Below are positions 47,621 to 56,476 of a DNA stretch of 64,000 nt, one piece after another. Within the stretch, counting starts at the first letter, position 1. Every line of letters starts with the position of its first letter. The stretch lies in the NCBI GenBank assembly GCA_049967255.1, contig JBMFTB010000001.1:17017-81016 (forward strand). The letters are read 5' to 3'. The notes under the pieces are model-generated. The model saw only the letters and a list, made by a program, of their open reading frames with translations, made no database searches and was not told the DNA's origin. This stretch comes from Thermoplasmata archaeon (lineage in GTDB: Archaea > Thermoplasmatota > Thermoplasmata > Thermoplasmatales > ARK-15). The translations under genes and the position numbers were made by a program.

Positions 47621-48436
47621 TTACTTTTTAACTGTATTTATCAATTTTCCAATATTTTCAATTTCCATTTCTATTATATCGCCAGGCTTTAAAAATTTTT
47701 GTTCATTCATACCCATCGCCACACCACTAGGTGTTCCTGTAGATATTACATCCCCTTTTTCAAGGGTAAGTACATTGCTTATAAAGCTAATTAGGAAATC
47801 TATTTTGAAAATCATATAGGATGTGTTCGAATTTTGCCTAATTTCGCCGTTTACCCATGTTTTAAGGTCAAGATTGTTTGGATCAATAATTTCATATTTA
47901 TCAACAATCCATGGGCCTATTGGCGCAAAAGTATCAAATGATTTTCCAACAAACCATTGCTGATCGTACCTGAATTGATGATCTCTTGCGCTTACATCGT
48001 TCATTATGGTATATCCTGCTACATAATCCCATGCATTTTCCATCGATATATGTTTTCCATCTTTTCCAATAATTACTGCAAGCTCAACCTCATAATCAAG
48101 TTGTGTAACAATCTCTGGATAAATAATATCATGGCCATGACCTATTATGGCAGAAGGTGCCTTTGAAAAAAATACTGGCTCTTTTGGAGGTGCATGGCCA
48201 GTTTCTTTCGCATGTTCTGCATAATTCCTTCCAAGACACATCAGTTTTCTTGGATTCACTGGCGGGTCCATCTTATCTGGTAAATTAATGGATCTCTTTT
48301 TATTGTCTTCAAAATAATCTTTAATTTCCTTTACTTTATTTTTGTCCATTAAATAATCTAAGGAAAAATCATCCAGTAAAACCATTGAATTTTCCTCAAC
48401 CGCATAGTACCTGTTTTTGAATTTTGCAATTTTCAT
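47621..48436 (-). CDS. fumarylacetoacetate hydrolase-family protein
   Basis: 'CLGRNYAEHAKE', 'LDYEVELAVIIGK', 'GDVISTGTPSGV'. Confidence 0.85.
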   Translation of the reverse strand: MKIAKFKNRYYAVEENSMVLLDDFSLDYLMDKNKVKEIKDYFEDNKKRSINLPDKMDPPVNPRKLMCLGRNYAEHAKETGHAPPKEPVFFSKAPSAIIGHGHDIIYPEIVTQLDYEVELAVIIGKDGKHISMENAWDYVAGYTIMNDVSARDHQFRYDQQWFVGKSFDTFAPIGPWIVDKYEIIDPNNLDLKTWVNGEIRQNSNTSYMIFKIDFLISFISNVLTLEKGDVISTGTPSGVAMGMNEQKFLKPGDIIEMEIENIGKLINTVKK

Positions 48437-48488
48437 AATTTATGTAAATAGATGATACTATTAAAATTTTTATGGATAACTTATTTAT

Positions 48489-48854
48489 ATGAAAAATAGA
48501 TATCATATTATGCAAAACAGAGAAAAAATGTTAAAGGGTATTATTTCAATATTAATTGTAAAAGAATTGATAGATGGTCCAAAGCATGGTTATGCCATAG
48601 AAAAAAAGATATCTGAAAAAATAGAGGGTAGATTGCCACCCGGGATGATATATGTAATACTTAAATCACTTGAAAAAAAAGGGTGTGTAAGAAAAGAAGA
48701 AAAAGTAGGTGAATATGGAAGAACTATCAAAATTTATTACATAACAGACCATGGAAAGGAGTTCCTATTTAATCATATGAACCAGCTAAGAATAATGAAA
48801 AAATTAATTGATGAAATTTTAAATAAAATTGAAGAAGAAAAGTTTAAATATTAA
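48489..48854 (+). CDS. PadR-family transcriptional regulator
   Basis: 'LIVKELIDGPKHGYAIEKKISE..GMIYVILKSLEKKGCV' winged helix. Confidence 0.8.
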   Translation: MKNRYHIMQNREKMLKGIISILIVKELIDGPKHGYAIEKKISEKIEGRLPPGMIYVILKSLEKKGCVRKEEKVGEYGRTIKIYYITDHGKEFLFNHMNQLRIMKKLIDEILNKIEEEKFKY

Positions 48855-48897
48855 ATGTATATATCACATATAGATAAGTAAATTATAGGTGATAAAA

Positions 48898-49446
48898 ATG
48901 GTAAATCCTAATGAAAAAACATTTTACGGGATGCATCACGGTATGCATCATGGACAGAGAATGAGAGAAAGCGCTTATGATTTAAAGGAAATAATTGATT
49001 TCCTGGAAATAAAGAAAGATTGGGATGTTGTAGATCTAGGTGCAGGTGACGGATATTTTTCTAAAGAATTCATAAGATATGCAAAATCGGTTACTGCAGT
49101 TGACATTGATTCAACATATTTTAATGAAATGAATTCATATGGCATTAAGACAATAAAGGCTGATTTATGCACATTTGCAGAAGGGTCATACGATCTTGTA
49201 TTTATGGCAAATGTTTATCACGGTCTAAGGCGTGAATGCAAGGAAAATATTCTTGAAAACATTAAAAAAATGTCAAAGAAATATTTTGCCATCATGGATT
49301 TTAATGATGTTAGATTATTCGGGCCGCCTATGCGCGTTAAAAAAGAAGAAGTAATCCAAGATCTAGAAAGGTACGGGTTTAAGTTCTACAAGGAGAAAGA
49401 TTTGAAGTATCATTATATCCTAGTATTCGAAAAAATGGGCGAGTGA
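48898..49446 (+). CDS. class I SAM-dependent methyltransferase
   Basis: Motif I 'VVDLGAGDGYF'. N-terminal 'YGMHHGMHHGQ'. ATG 48898 is preferred, with 'aggtga' upstream. Confidence 0.75.
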   Translation: MVNPNEKTFYGMHHGMHHGQRMRESAYDLKEIIDFLEIKKDWDVVDLGAGDGYFSKEFIRYAKSVTAVDIDSTYFNEMNSYGIKTIKADLCTFAEGSYDLVFMANVYHGLRRECKENILENIKKMSKKYFAIMDFNDVRLFGPPMRVKKEEVIQDLERYGFKFYKEKDLKYHYILVFEKMGE

Positions 49447-49449
49447 TAC

Positions 49450-50604
49450 ATGGATGGAAATGTAAAAAAGATAATCAGTGCAAGAGCGCTACTTAGCTAT
49501 AGTTACGGCTTTCTTAATGTTCTTCTCAGCCTTTATCTCAAGTCAATAGGTTTTTCATATATTTCCATAGGAATAATATTAGGTTCAGCAATCATAATAA
49601 ACGCTGTTTTGGCTCTATTACTTTCAATGATTGCCGACCATTATGGAAGAAGAAATATCTTGCTCTTATTGTTCATACTTTTTGGTATATCCTCTTTTCT
49701 TTTCCTGAAAACATATAACATGGCTATCCTTGCATTCCTTTCCGGTTTAGGAGGTTTTACCGGAACAGGTGGTGGCCCAATAGGTTCAGGTGGGCCTTTC
49801 GGCGCTATACAGAGTGCAATGGTAACAGAATATACAAAGAGAGAGAACTTCTCAAAGATCCTTGGTATCGCATCTGCAGTTGGCATGATTGCTAGCGTAA
49901 TCGGGTCTTTTACAATTACTGGTCTTGACATATTAAGAATAAATGTTTACGAATTATTCTATATTGCCGCACTATTTGGATTTATGGGTGCTGGAATAAC
50001 AATTTTCATTAAAGATACCGGACTGAGATCAAAGCACATACTTCCAAGAATCTCCTGGAAGAATATTGTAAAATTGTCTATACCTACAATACCATCTGGT
50101 ATAGGTGCTGGCCTTATTTCTCCAATATTTTCACTCTGGTTCTCAATTCGATTTCACCTTACACCTGGTCAGATAGGTATCGTATTCGGAGTTGCAAACA
50201 TTTTCACTACCTTAATGATGATCATCATACCACATTTGATAAGGAAGGAGGATGAGCTAAAGGTAATAATCTGGTCAAGGATTACAGCTTCAGTTTCATT
50301 GATTCTAATTGCATTAAGCCCAATCATGATCCTTTCAGCTTTTCTTTTTGTTATCAGAAATGGCTTTCAGATGGGTGCTATTCCTGTCAGGCAATCCTTC
50401 TCTATGGGTATTGTTGATGAAACTGAAAGGGCCACATCCTCAGGTGTTACATCATTTACAAGAACAGGATTCTCGGCCATATCACCCCCCATATCTGGAG
50501 GCATATTGGCCTACAGTATAGATCTACCACCCTTGTTAGCGGGATTCATTAATTTATTGGATCCTATTCTATATTATAAATTATTTAAAAAACAGTTCAG
50601 TTAG
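49450..50604 (+). CDS. MFS transporter
   Basis: 384 aa, polytopic, 'ADHYGRRNILL' motif A. Confidence 0.75.
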   Translation: MDGNVKKIISARALLSYSYGFLNVLLSLYLKSIGFSYISIGIILGSAIIINAVLALLLSMIADHYGRRNILLLLFILFGISSFLFLKTYNMAILAFLSGLGGFTGTGGGPIGSGGPFGAIQSAMVTEYTKRENFSKILGIASAVGMIASVIGSFTITGLDILRINVYELFYIAALFGFMGAGITIFIKDTGLRSKHILPRISWKNIVKLSIPTIPSGIGAGLISPIFSLWFSIRFHLTPGQIGIVFGVANIFTTLMMIIIPHLIRKEDELKVIIWSRITASVSLILIALSPIMILSAFLFVIRNGFQMGAIPVRQSFSMGIVDETERATSSGVTSFTRTGFSAISPPISGGILAYSIDLPPLLAGFINLLDPILYYKLFKKQFS

Positions 50605-51275
50605 ATACCGTTGAAAAGCCTTGTTCCGAGAAAATCTGGCAATCCTGATTCTTCAATTTTTTTATAAACATCTTTCACATCATATTCAACACGTTCTATT
50701 CTGATGTTCCAGTTTTCGTCAATCCTTGCAAAAGATGCCCTTGGATCACCATCTCTGGGCTGTCCAACACTTCCTGGATTGATCACTATTTTTTCATCAA
50801 ATCTTTTTATATATGGTATGTGCGTATGCCCCAATATGAGAACATCTACATCCCTTGGTATTATGCTTTCATCAAGATCTTCGTAGTATATGTATTCATC
50901 ATCGTTTTGTGGCGAACCATGATAAACAGCTACCCTTTTTCCAAATATATTGATTCTCATAGAATTTTTCAATGATTTCAGATAATTTATGGATACAGGA
51001 TCTAAATGCTGCATTGTCCATTCAATGGCGAAGGATGCATATTCGTTCATTCCAGAAGTATCACCGTTCAATACTGCCCTGTCATGGTTGCCTAGAATTG
51101 TCTTAATTTTCTTCTCCATAAAAAAATAAATGGTTTCCAAGGGATATGGATTGTAACCAAGAATATCCCCTGCATGTATGATATTTCTTGAAATAAAATG
51201 TTTAAAAACTTCCCTTAGGGCAATGATATTTGCATGGACATCGGATATAACAATTACCTCAAAGCCAGAGTTCAT
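50601..51275 (-). CDS. metallophosphoesterase (YfcE/MJ0936-like)
   Basis: 'VISDVHAN', 'AGDILGY', 'GNHD', 'LGHTH', 'NPGSVGQPR'. Confidence 0.85.
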   Translation of the reverse strand: MNSGFEVIVISDVHANIIALREVFKHFISRNIIHAGDILGYNPYPLETIYFFMEKKIKTILGNHDRAVLNGDTSGMNEYASFAIEWTMQHLDPVSINYLKSLKNSMRINIFGKRVAVYHGSPQNDDEYIYYEDLDESIIPRDVDVLILGHTHIPYIKRFDEKIVINPGSVGQPRDGDPRASFARIDENWNIRIERVEYDVKDVYKKIEESGLPDFLGTRLFNGI

Positions 51276-51702
51276 CGACCTTGCTGTACTTTATTATATC
51301 TTCTTCTGAGAAAAATATAGGTAATTCCCTCTTCAATGATTCATCTGAATCGCTCGCATGAATGAGATTTTTCTCAATGCCTGTAGAAAAATCTCCCCTT
51401 ATGGTTCCAGGTTCTGCTTCAGTACCGTTTGTTTTGCCCATTAACTTTCTTACAACGTTTATGACATCCCTGCCTTCAACAACCATGGCGATGATAGGTC
51501 CTGATGTGATATAATCCACAAGTGATTGGTAAAAAGGCTTACCTTTATGCACTTCATACAATTTTTCCGCTGTATTTTTATCTAGAAAAATCATCTTCAT
51601 TGCAGTGATCTTAAGACCCTTTTCCTCAATCCTTGAAATTATTTTTCCGGCCAGGTTCCTCTGTATGGAATCAGGCTTGAGGATTACCAGTGTTCTGCTC
51701 AC
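51259..51702 (-). CDS. ndk: nucleoside diphosphate kinase
   Basis: 'RTLVILKPD', '[11 protein letters not shown]', 'NLIHASDS' (catalytic His). Confidence 0.95.
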   Translation of the reverse strand: MSRTLVILKPDSIQRNLAGKIISRIEEKGLKITAMKMIFLDKNTAEKLYEVHKGKPFYQSLVDYITSGPIIAMVVEGRDVINVVRKLMGKTNGTEAEPGTIRGDFSTGIEKNLIHASDSDESLKRELPIFFSEEDIIKYSKVDELWL

Positions 51703-51913
51703 CCTGCCTCACCATGTGTAACCTTACCTTCTTTTGTTCAGCATAGGCCTTTGTCCAGGTAATGTTCTTGGGTACTCTACCCAGATTTAGCATGTTTTTC
51801 TGGCATTTACTGCTGCAGAAATAAAGAATAGAACCGTCCCTTTTTACATACATTTTTCCTGTTCCAGGCTCTATCTCTTTTCCACAAAATGAACAAACCC
51901 TTTTTAAAACCAT
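51671..51913 (-). CDS. rpl24e: 50S ribosomal protein L24e
   Basis: '[31 protein letters not shown]' zinc ribbon. Start set to MVLKR, 8 nt after the S28e stop. The 3' end overlaps ndk by 32 nt. Confidence 0.85.
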   Translation of the reverse strand: MVLKRVCSFCGKEIEPGTGKMYVKRDGSILYFCSSKCQKNMLNLGRVPKNITWTKAYAEQKKVRLHMVRQGEQNTGNPQA

Positions 51914-51920
51914 TTTTATA

Positions 51921-52130
51921 TCACCTTGCAACGAGCTTCCTTGCTTCCCTTGCAGTTTCCCTGAGCATTATTATATCACCAATCTGAACCGGACCAACTA
52001 GGTTTCTTGTGATAATTCTTCCCTTGTCATTACCCTCTAGAATCTTTACCTTTACCTGTATAACCTCCCCTGTCATGCCTGTTCTTCCCATTATTTCAAC
52101 GACTTCTGCAGGGGTAGCTTCATCTGGCAT
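51921..52130 (-). CDS. rps28e: 30S ribosomal protein S28e
   Basis: '[54 protein letters not shown]'. Confidence 0.93.
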   Translation of the reverse strand: MPDEATPAEVVEIMGRTGMTGEVIQVKVKILEGNDKGRIITRNLVGPVQIGDIIMLRETAREARKLVAR

Positions 52131-52141
52131 TTGTTTTCACC

Positions 52142-52513
52142 TTATTTATTTAATTTTGCCACTTCTTCAATAATTTTCTTAAAATCCTCTTCACTCTTTC
52201 CAAATTCGAGTATTGCAACGCTCGCAGCTGATTGAATCCCTATCCTTGAACCTAGGTCATTTTTGCTGTTTACAAATGCATATGGAACCTTTTTTTCATC
52301 GCATAACAGAGGAAGATGAGCAACTACCTCCGGGGGTTGAACATCCATTGCAATGACAACAAATTTAGCATCGTTTCTTTCAACTGCCTTCGTTACCTCA
52401 TTCGTACCTTTCCTTATCTTTCCTGATTCCTTGGCCATTTCTACACCTGAAAGAATCTTATCCTGAAGATCCTTAGGTACATCGAATTTTACATATGTTG
52501 CTTTATCTGCCAT
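52142..52513 (-). CDS. rpl7ae: 50S ribosomal protein L7Ae (K-turn binding)
   Basis: '[50 protein letters not shown]'. Confidence 0.95.
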   Translation of the reverse strand: MADKATYVKFDVPKDLQDKILSGVEMAKESGKIRKGTNEVTKAVERNDAKFVVIAMDVQPPEVVAHLPLLCDEKKVPYAFVNSKNDLGSRIGIQSAASVAILEFGKSEEDFKKIIEEVAKLNK

Positions 52514-52651
52514 ATATATTACACCTCTTTCATATTTTCAATCACAGGTAGAATGAGTGATTACTAGACCTTATTTATATTTTATGGTAAACAAAGATCA
52601 AAATAGAAAAGGTTTTTATTTTATAAAAATATTATTAAATGGGTGAAAAAT

Positions 52652-53662
52652 ATGAAAATATTAAAGGTAAAGGATATTATGTCCAACAACTATATTTGCC
52701 TTGATGAAAACACAATCATCATTGATGCAATAAAAAAAATGATTGAAAAAAATGTTTTTGCTATTGTTGTGACTGAAAAAGATTTGCCTGTAGGCATTGT
52801 AACAGAAAGAGATTTTACAGTAAAAGTGCTTGCAATGCAGATTGATACAAAAAATGAAAAGATCAAAAAGATAATGAGTTCACCTATTACATATATTTCT
52901 CAAGATGAATTAATTGAAAATGCTGCAAAGGTTATGGTGGCTAAGAAAATAAGGAAATTGCCCGTAATAGAAAACAATAAAATCACTGGCATTGTTACAG
53001 AAGATGATATAATAAAAATAGCACCCGAATTAATATCGCTTGCAGGTCAAACTGTAACAGACTGGAAGGGAGAAATTGTCAAATGGCTTACATCAGGATC
53101 TGACCAATCAGAGGATCCAGCAAACCTGGTATGGGATGTTAAGGTGGATCAGAACATAATTGTTGCAGAGCATCCAAAAGTGCCATTTATTTTAAATATT
53201 ATTTTTTCAAACAGGATATTAAAGCTTAATGTACATACAGGTCTTGAAACGGCCCTTCTCGATCCTATCCAAAGGCTAGACATATCCAGGAAATTACTTT
53301 TTCTTAATGATAGAACCAGTTTGGTAAAATTTGTCATAAGAGGTATAGATGAGGAAATTGTTCTCAGCTCTGAACTTGATCTCGCATCAATAAGCAAGGA
53401 GGAATTCAACGATGCATTGACTGGGCTAATCACAGCATTGTATTTGATGGTAAAAGAGTTCAAGCTTGAAGAGGAGTTTAACAAGCAGCTTGCACAAAGG
53501 GTAATTCTTATGGTTCAGGAAAGGATGAAAAAGGGTGCAACAAAGGAGGATCTACTCTCATTCTTGATAAACAAAGTTGGTATGGATCAGGATAGTGCAA
53601 CAAAACTTTTGAATGAAATTATAAAGGGGAGTACATCACAGGACCTTTCAGCATATGCATAA
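52652..53662 (+). CDS. CBS-pair domain protein with an uncharacterised ~200-aa C-terminal domain
   Basis: Two CBS repeats ('VKDIMSNN..VFAIVVTEKD..GIVTERD'; 'IMSSPITYI..RKLPVIENNKITGIVTEDD'). No motif recognised in the rest. Confidence 0.7.
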   Translation: MKILKVKDIMSNNYICLDENTIIIDAIKKMIEKNVFAIVVTEKDLPVGIVTERDFTVKVLAMQIDTKNEKIKKIMSSPITYISQDELIENAAKVMVAKKIRKLPVIENNKITGIVTEDDIIKIAPELISLAGQTVTDWKGEIVKWLTSGSDQSEDPANLVWDVKVDQNIIVAEHPKVPFILNIIFSNRILKLNVHTGLETALLDPIQRLDISRKLLFLNDRTSLVKFVIRGIDEEIVLSSELDLASISKEEFNDALTGLITALYLMVKEFKLEEEFNKQLAQRVILMVQERMKKGATKEDLLSFLINKVGMDQDSATKLLNEIIKGSTSQDLSAYA

Positions 53663-53663
53663 A

Positions 53664-54065
53664 TCATAGCCATCTTCCGTCTTCACCGTAAAATTCCTTT
53701 TTCCAGATTGGTACTTTTTCCTTTATTTTGTCAATTATGAATTTGCAGGCATTAAAAGCATCTTCCCTATGCATTGATGAAACACCAATAAAAACTACAA
53801 TATCCTTAGGATAAAATTCCCCAATCCTGTGATGGACACAAACATCTATGATGTTAAACATTGAAAATGCATCATTAACAACGTTTTTAAGTTCCATTTC
53901 AGCCATTGGCATATAGGCATCATATATGATCTTTGAAACATTTTTTCCATCGTTTAAATTTCTTACAGTACCTATAAATGTAACAATAGCGCCATTTTTT
54001 TCTGAATTGATCAAGGATATCATTTTCTCAATGTTTATTTCTTCAGATGAAATTTTAATGAACAT
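53664..54065 (-). CDS. moaE: molybdopterin synthase catalytic subunit
   Basis: 'GAIVTFIGTVRN', 'HRIGEF', 'VPIWKKE'; 133 aa. Confidence 0.85.
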   Translation of the reverse strand: MFIKISSEEINIEKMISLINSEKNGAIVTFIGTVRNLNDGKNVSKIIYDAYMPMAEMELKNVVNDAFSMFNIIDVCVHHRIGEFYPKDIVVFIGVSSMHREDAFNACKFIIDKIKEKVPIWKKEFYGEDGRWL

Positions 54066-54603
54066 TCATTTCCACCCTCTTCGAATATTTATCAAATTCG
54101 CTGAATATGCATCCACAGTAACCTTGCCTGTATAAGCCATATCTCTTTGCTATTTCATCACCCTTCGGAAACAAATCTCTAAAATCTTTATAATAGAACT
54201 CTATGTCATATTTTTTACCTATAGCATAACCAATTTCTTTAATAATTTCATGTTTTTGATATGGAGAATATAATGTGGATGATGTGAATTTCTCAAAACC
54301 ATTTTCCTTAGCATATCTGGCAGTTCTTTCTAACCTATTAGCATAACAGAACCTGCATCTCAGCACATCTGATTTCCTGTTCAATCTTACAGCATTTTCC
54401 ATCCAATACTGAATGTCATACTCCATATCATAAATTATGTCAAAATTTTTCTCTTTTTTAAGTTTTTCAAGGGTCTCAAGTCTTCTTAAATATTCTCTGT
54501 ATGGCTGTATATTTGGATTATACCAGAATACCTTAAATGGCTCATTGATGTCATCAAGAATTGATGATAAGCATGGAGCACAGCATGCGTGTATCAAAAT
54601 CAT
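54055..54603 (-). CDS. queH: DUF208 / QueH-like (epoxyqueuosine reductase family) protein
   Basis: N-terminal 'LIHACCAPC', 'CRFCY', C-terminal 'YRQGYCGCIFSE'. These are the family's conserved Cys motifs. 11-nt overlap with moaE. Confidence 0.8.
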   Translation of the reverse strand: MILIHACCAPCLSSILDDINEPFKVFWYNPNIQPYREYLRRLETLEKLKKEKNFDIIYDMEYDIQYWMENAVRLNRKSDVLRCRFCYANRLERTARYAKENGFEKFTSSTLYSPYQKHEIIKEIGYAIGKKYDIEFYYKDFRDLFPKGDEIAKRYGLYRQGYCGCIFSEFDKYSKRVEMNVH

Positions 54604-55334
54604 GAAAACTTTGGCTCCCTTTTCTCGAAAAACGCATTTATTGCTTCTTTACCATTCTTCGATGAAACAATTTTGCCGAAAAGTGATCTTTCAAGTACAT
54701 ACGAATTTTCTTTAAGCATTAACTTGTACGCCCTTACCGACTCAGGGTTTTTCTTTGATATGTTTTCAGCAAATTTTATAGCATCTTCTAATGGATTGTC
54801 TGAAATTTGATGGATAAGGCCGTAATTAAGGGCTGTTTCGGCATCTATTATCTGTCCAGTAAGAAGCATATAGGATGCAATGCTTTTTCCTACATAATTA
54901 ATTAATCTTTCTGCCCCACCCCAGCCAGTAACTAAACCAACGTTTACTTCAGTTTGGCCCATTTTTAAATTTTTTGATCCAATTCTAATATCACATGCCA
55001 TAGCAAGTTCCATACCCCCACCGTATGCAGGACCATTCATTGCAGCTATGAAAATCTTGCTTGAATTCTCAATGTAATCCATCAATTCCTGACCCAGTGC
55101 TGAAAATCTAATTCCCTCGTGCTCATCCAATTTTAACATTTGCGATAGATCTCCACCTGCAGAGAAAAATTTGCCACTACCTGTGATTATCACGGATAAT
55201 ATATCCCTTTTCTGTTCAAGGGGCTTTATTGCTGAAAATAGTTCTTCAATAGCCTCCATGTTAAGGGAATTTGCCTTCTCTTCCCTTAAAATACGAATTA
55301 TGGCATAGTTTTCTTTTTCCTCAACTTCAATCAT
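54600..55334 (-). CDS. enoyl-CoA hydratase/isomerase (crotonase) family protein
   Basis: 'FFSAGGDLS', 'AAMNGPAYGGGMELAMACDIRI'. Start set to MIEVEEK. Confidence 0.85.
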   Translation of the reverse strand: MIEVEEKENYAIIRILREEKANSLNMEAIEELFSAIKPLEQKRDILSVIITGSGKFFSAGGDLSQMLKLDEHEGIRFSALGQELMDYIENSSKIFIAAMNGPAYGGGMELAMACDIRIGSKNLKMGQTEVNVGLVTGWGGAERLINYVGKSIASYMLLTGQIIDAETALNYGLIHQISDNPLEDAIKFAENISKKNPESVRAYKLMLKENSYVLERSLFGKIVSSKNGKEAINAFFEKREPKFS

Positions 55335-55499
55335 GTTTTTCAATAACAAATGGATTTTTATAACCTTTTTCATCAATTACTATCAATTTTCTGCCCCATA
55401 GAAATTTAACTAATTCAAAAGGAGAAATGTGATGTTGAGGAATCATCCCATTACAGAAAGGCTATTAATCATTAGATTTTTAAATGCATTTGCCTGGTA

Positions 55500-55867
55500 T
55501 TATGATTCTTCTGGCATAAATGGGCCAATTTCGATCCTCGATCTGAGTATATCCAAGATACAAAAAACAACTGTTATTATTGCCATCATTATTATCAGAT
55601 GCAATGCATTAAAGGGCATCTTTAACACCCAAGAATCAGGAAAAACACCAGCATTGAAATGCATGGGAATAGAATCAGGCAATGATGGGTAAGTTTGTTT
55701 ACAGTATGAAAATTAATACCTAAATCCGCAGCGAGTTTTCTTGCTGATGGAAGTGAAGTGCCTGAGTTAAGTTTGCCGGATGCAATGGCTTCTACAATTT
55801 GATCATATATTTGCATGTATTTTGGCTTTTCGGATTTAAGTTCTATTTTTATTAATATATACATCAT
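55500..55867 (-). pseudogene. GntR/YtrA-like transcriptional regulator, apparently frameshifted
   Basis: The first frame gives 'KYMQIYDQIVEAIASGKLNSGTSLPSARKLAADLGINFHTVNK', a GntR wHTH. The expected continuation '(A)YPSLPDSIPMHFNAGVF..' plus a TM-like tail is in another frame (ORF 55500..55682). Confidence 0.5.
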
Positions 55868-55983
55868 TTCTTTTTCAGTATTATTCCTATAACCGCAATT
55901 ATTATACCTAATACAGCAAGAATTATCCCAAACAGTTCCAAAAGAGTGGCAGAATGATCTTATTTAACTTTTTTGGGGTTAAA

Positions 55984-56009
55984 GGGGCGAAAGTCCCCTT
56001 CCGGGAAGG
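55984..56009 (+). repeat. left-end subterminal palindromes of the IS
   Basis: GGGG-N7-CCCC (55984-55998) overlaps the CCTTCC-G-GGAAGG palindrome (55997-56009). Confidence 0.45.
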
Positions 56010-56068
56010 AGGGATGGATAGCCCCCTTATAGAAAAGTTTTTATAGTTATCAAAAATTAGAGATAACT

Positions 56069-56476
56069 ATGCGGTACAGATTGGACAAAGGATCGCATTC
56101 AGTTTACGCTCTTTATTATCACTATGTCCAAGTTGTGAAGTACCGCAGGAAGGTGTTCGAAAGTGAGAATATAGTAAACTACCTGAAGGAACAAATTCAA
56201 GAGATAAGTAAAACATTCGAGGTTGAGGTCATAGACATGGGAATAGATAAAGATCACTTCCACATGTTATTCAGGGCAAAACCTACATTGAATATACCCA
56301 AATACATAAACGCGGTCAAGACAATCACATCCAGGGAAATACAGAGGAAATTTCCACAGGTCAAGGAAAAACTATGGAAAGGACACTTCTGGTCACCATC
56401 CTACTTCCTAGCAACGAGTGGACAAGTAACATTAGAGGTACTGAAAAAATATGTGGAGAGCCAAGGAAAAGAATAA
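56069..56476 (+). CDS. tnpA: IS200/IS605 Y1 (HUH) transposase TnpA
   Basis: 'HSVYALYYHYVQVVKYRRKVF', HUH motif 'DHFHMLF', catalytic Tyr region 'WSPSYFLATSG'; 135 aa. Confidence 0.92.
   Translation: MRYRLDKGSHSVYALYYHYVQVVKYRRKVFESENIVNYLKEQIQEISKTFEVEVIDMGIDKDHFHMLFRAKPTLNIPKYINAVKTITSREIQRKFPQVKEKLWKGHFWSPSYFLATSGQVTLEVLKKYVESQGKE

Noticed and set aside
52540-52562. Hairpin AATCAC-N11-GTGATT in the L7Ae 5' leader, considered as an autoregulatory K-turn
   Set aside because: The 5' strand has no tandem G.A/A.G motif, so it does not fit a K-turn or K-loop. It may still be a simple leader hairpin.
55429-55692. 87-aa plus-strand ORF between the crotonase and GntR genes
   Set aside because: It is antisense to the second half of the frameshifted GntR-like gene, with no motif or ribosome-binding site.
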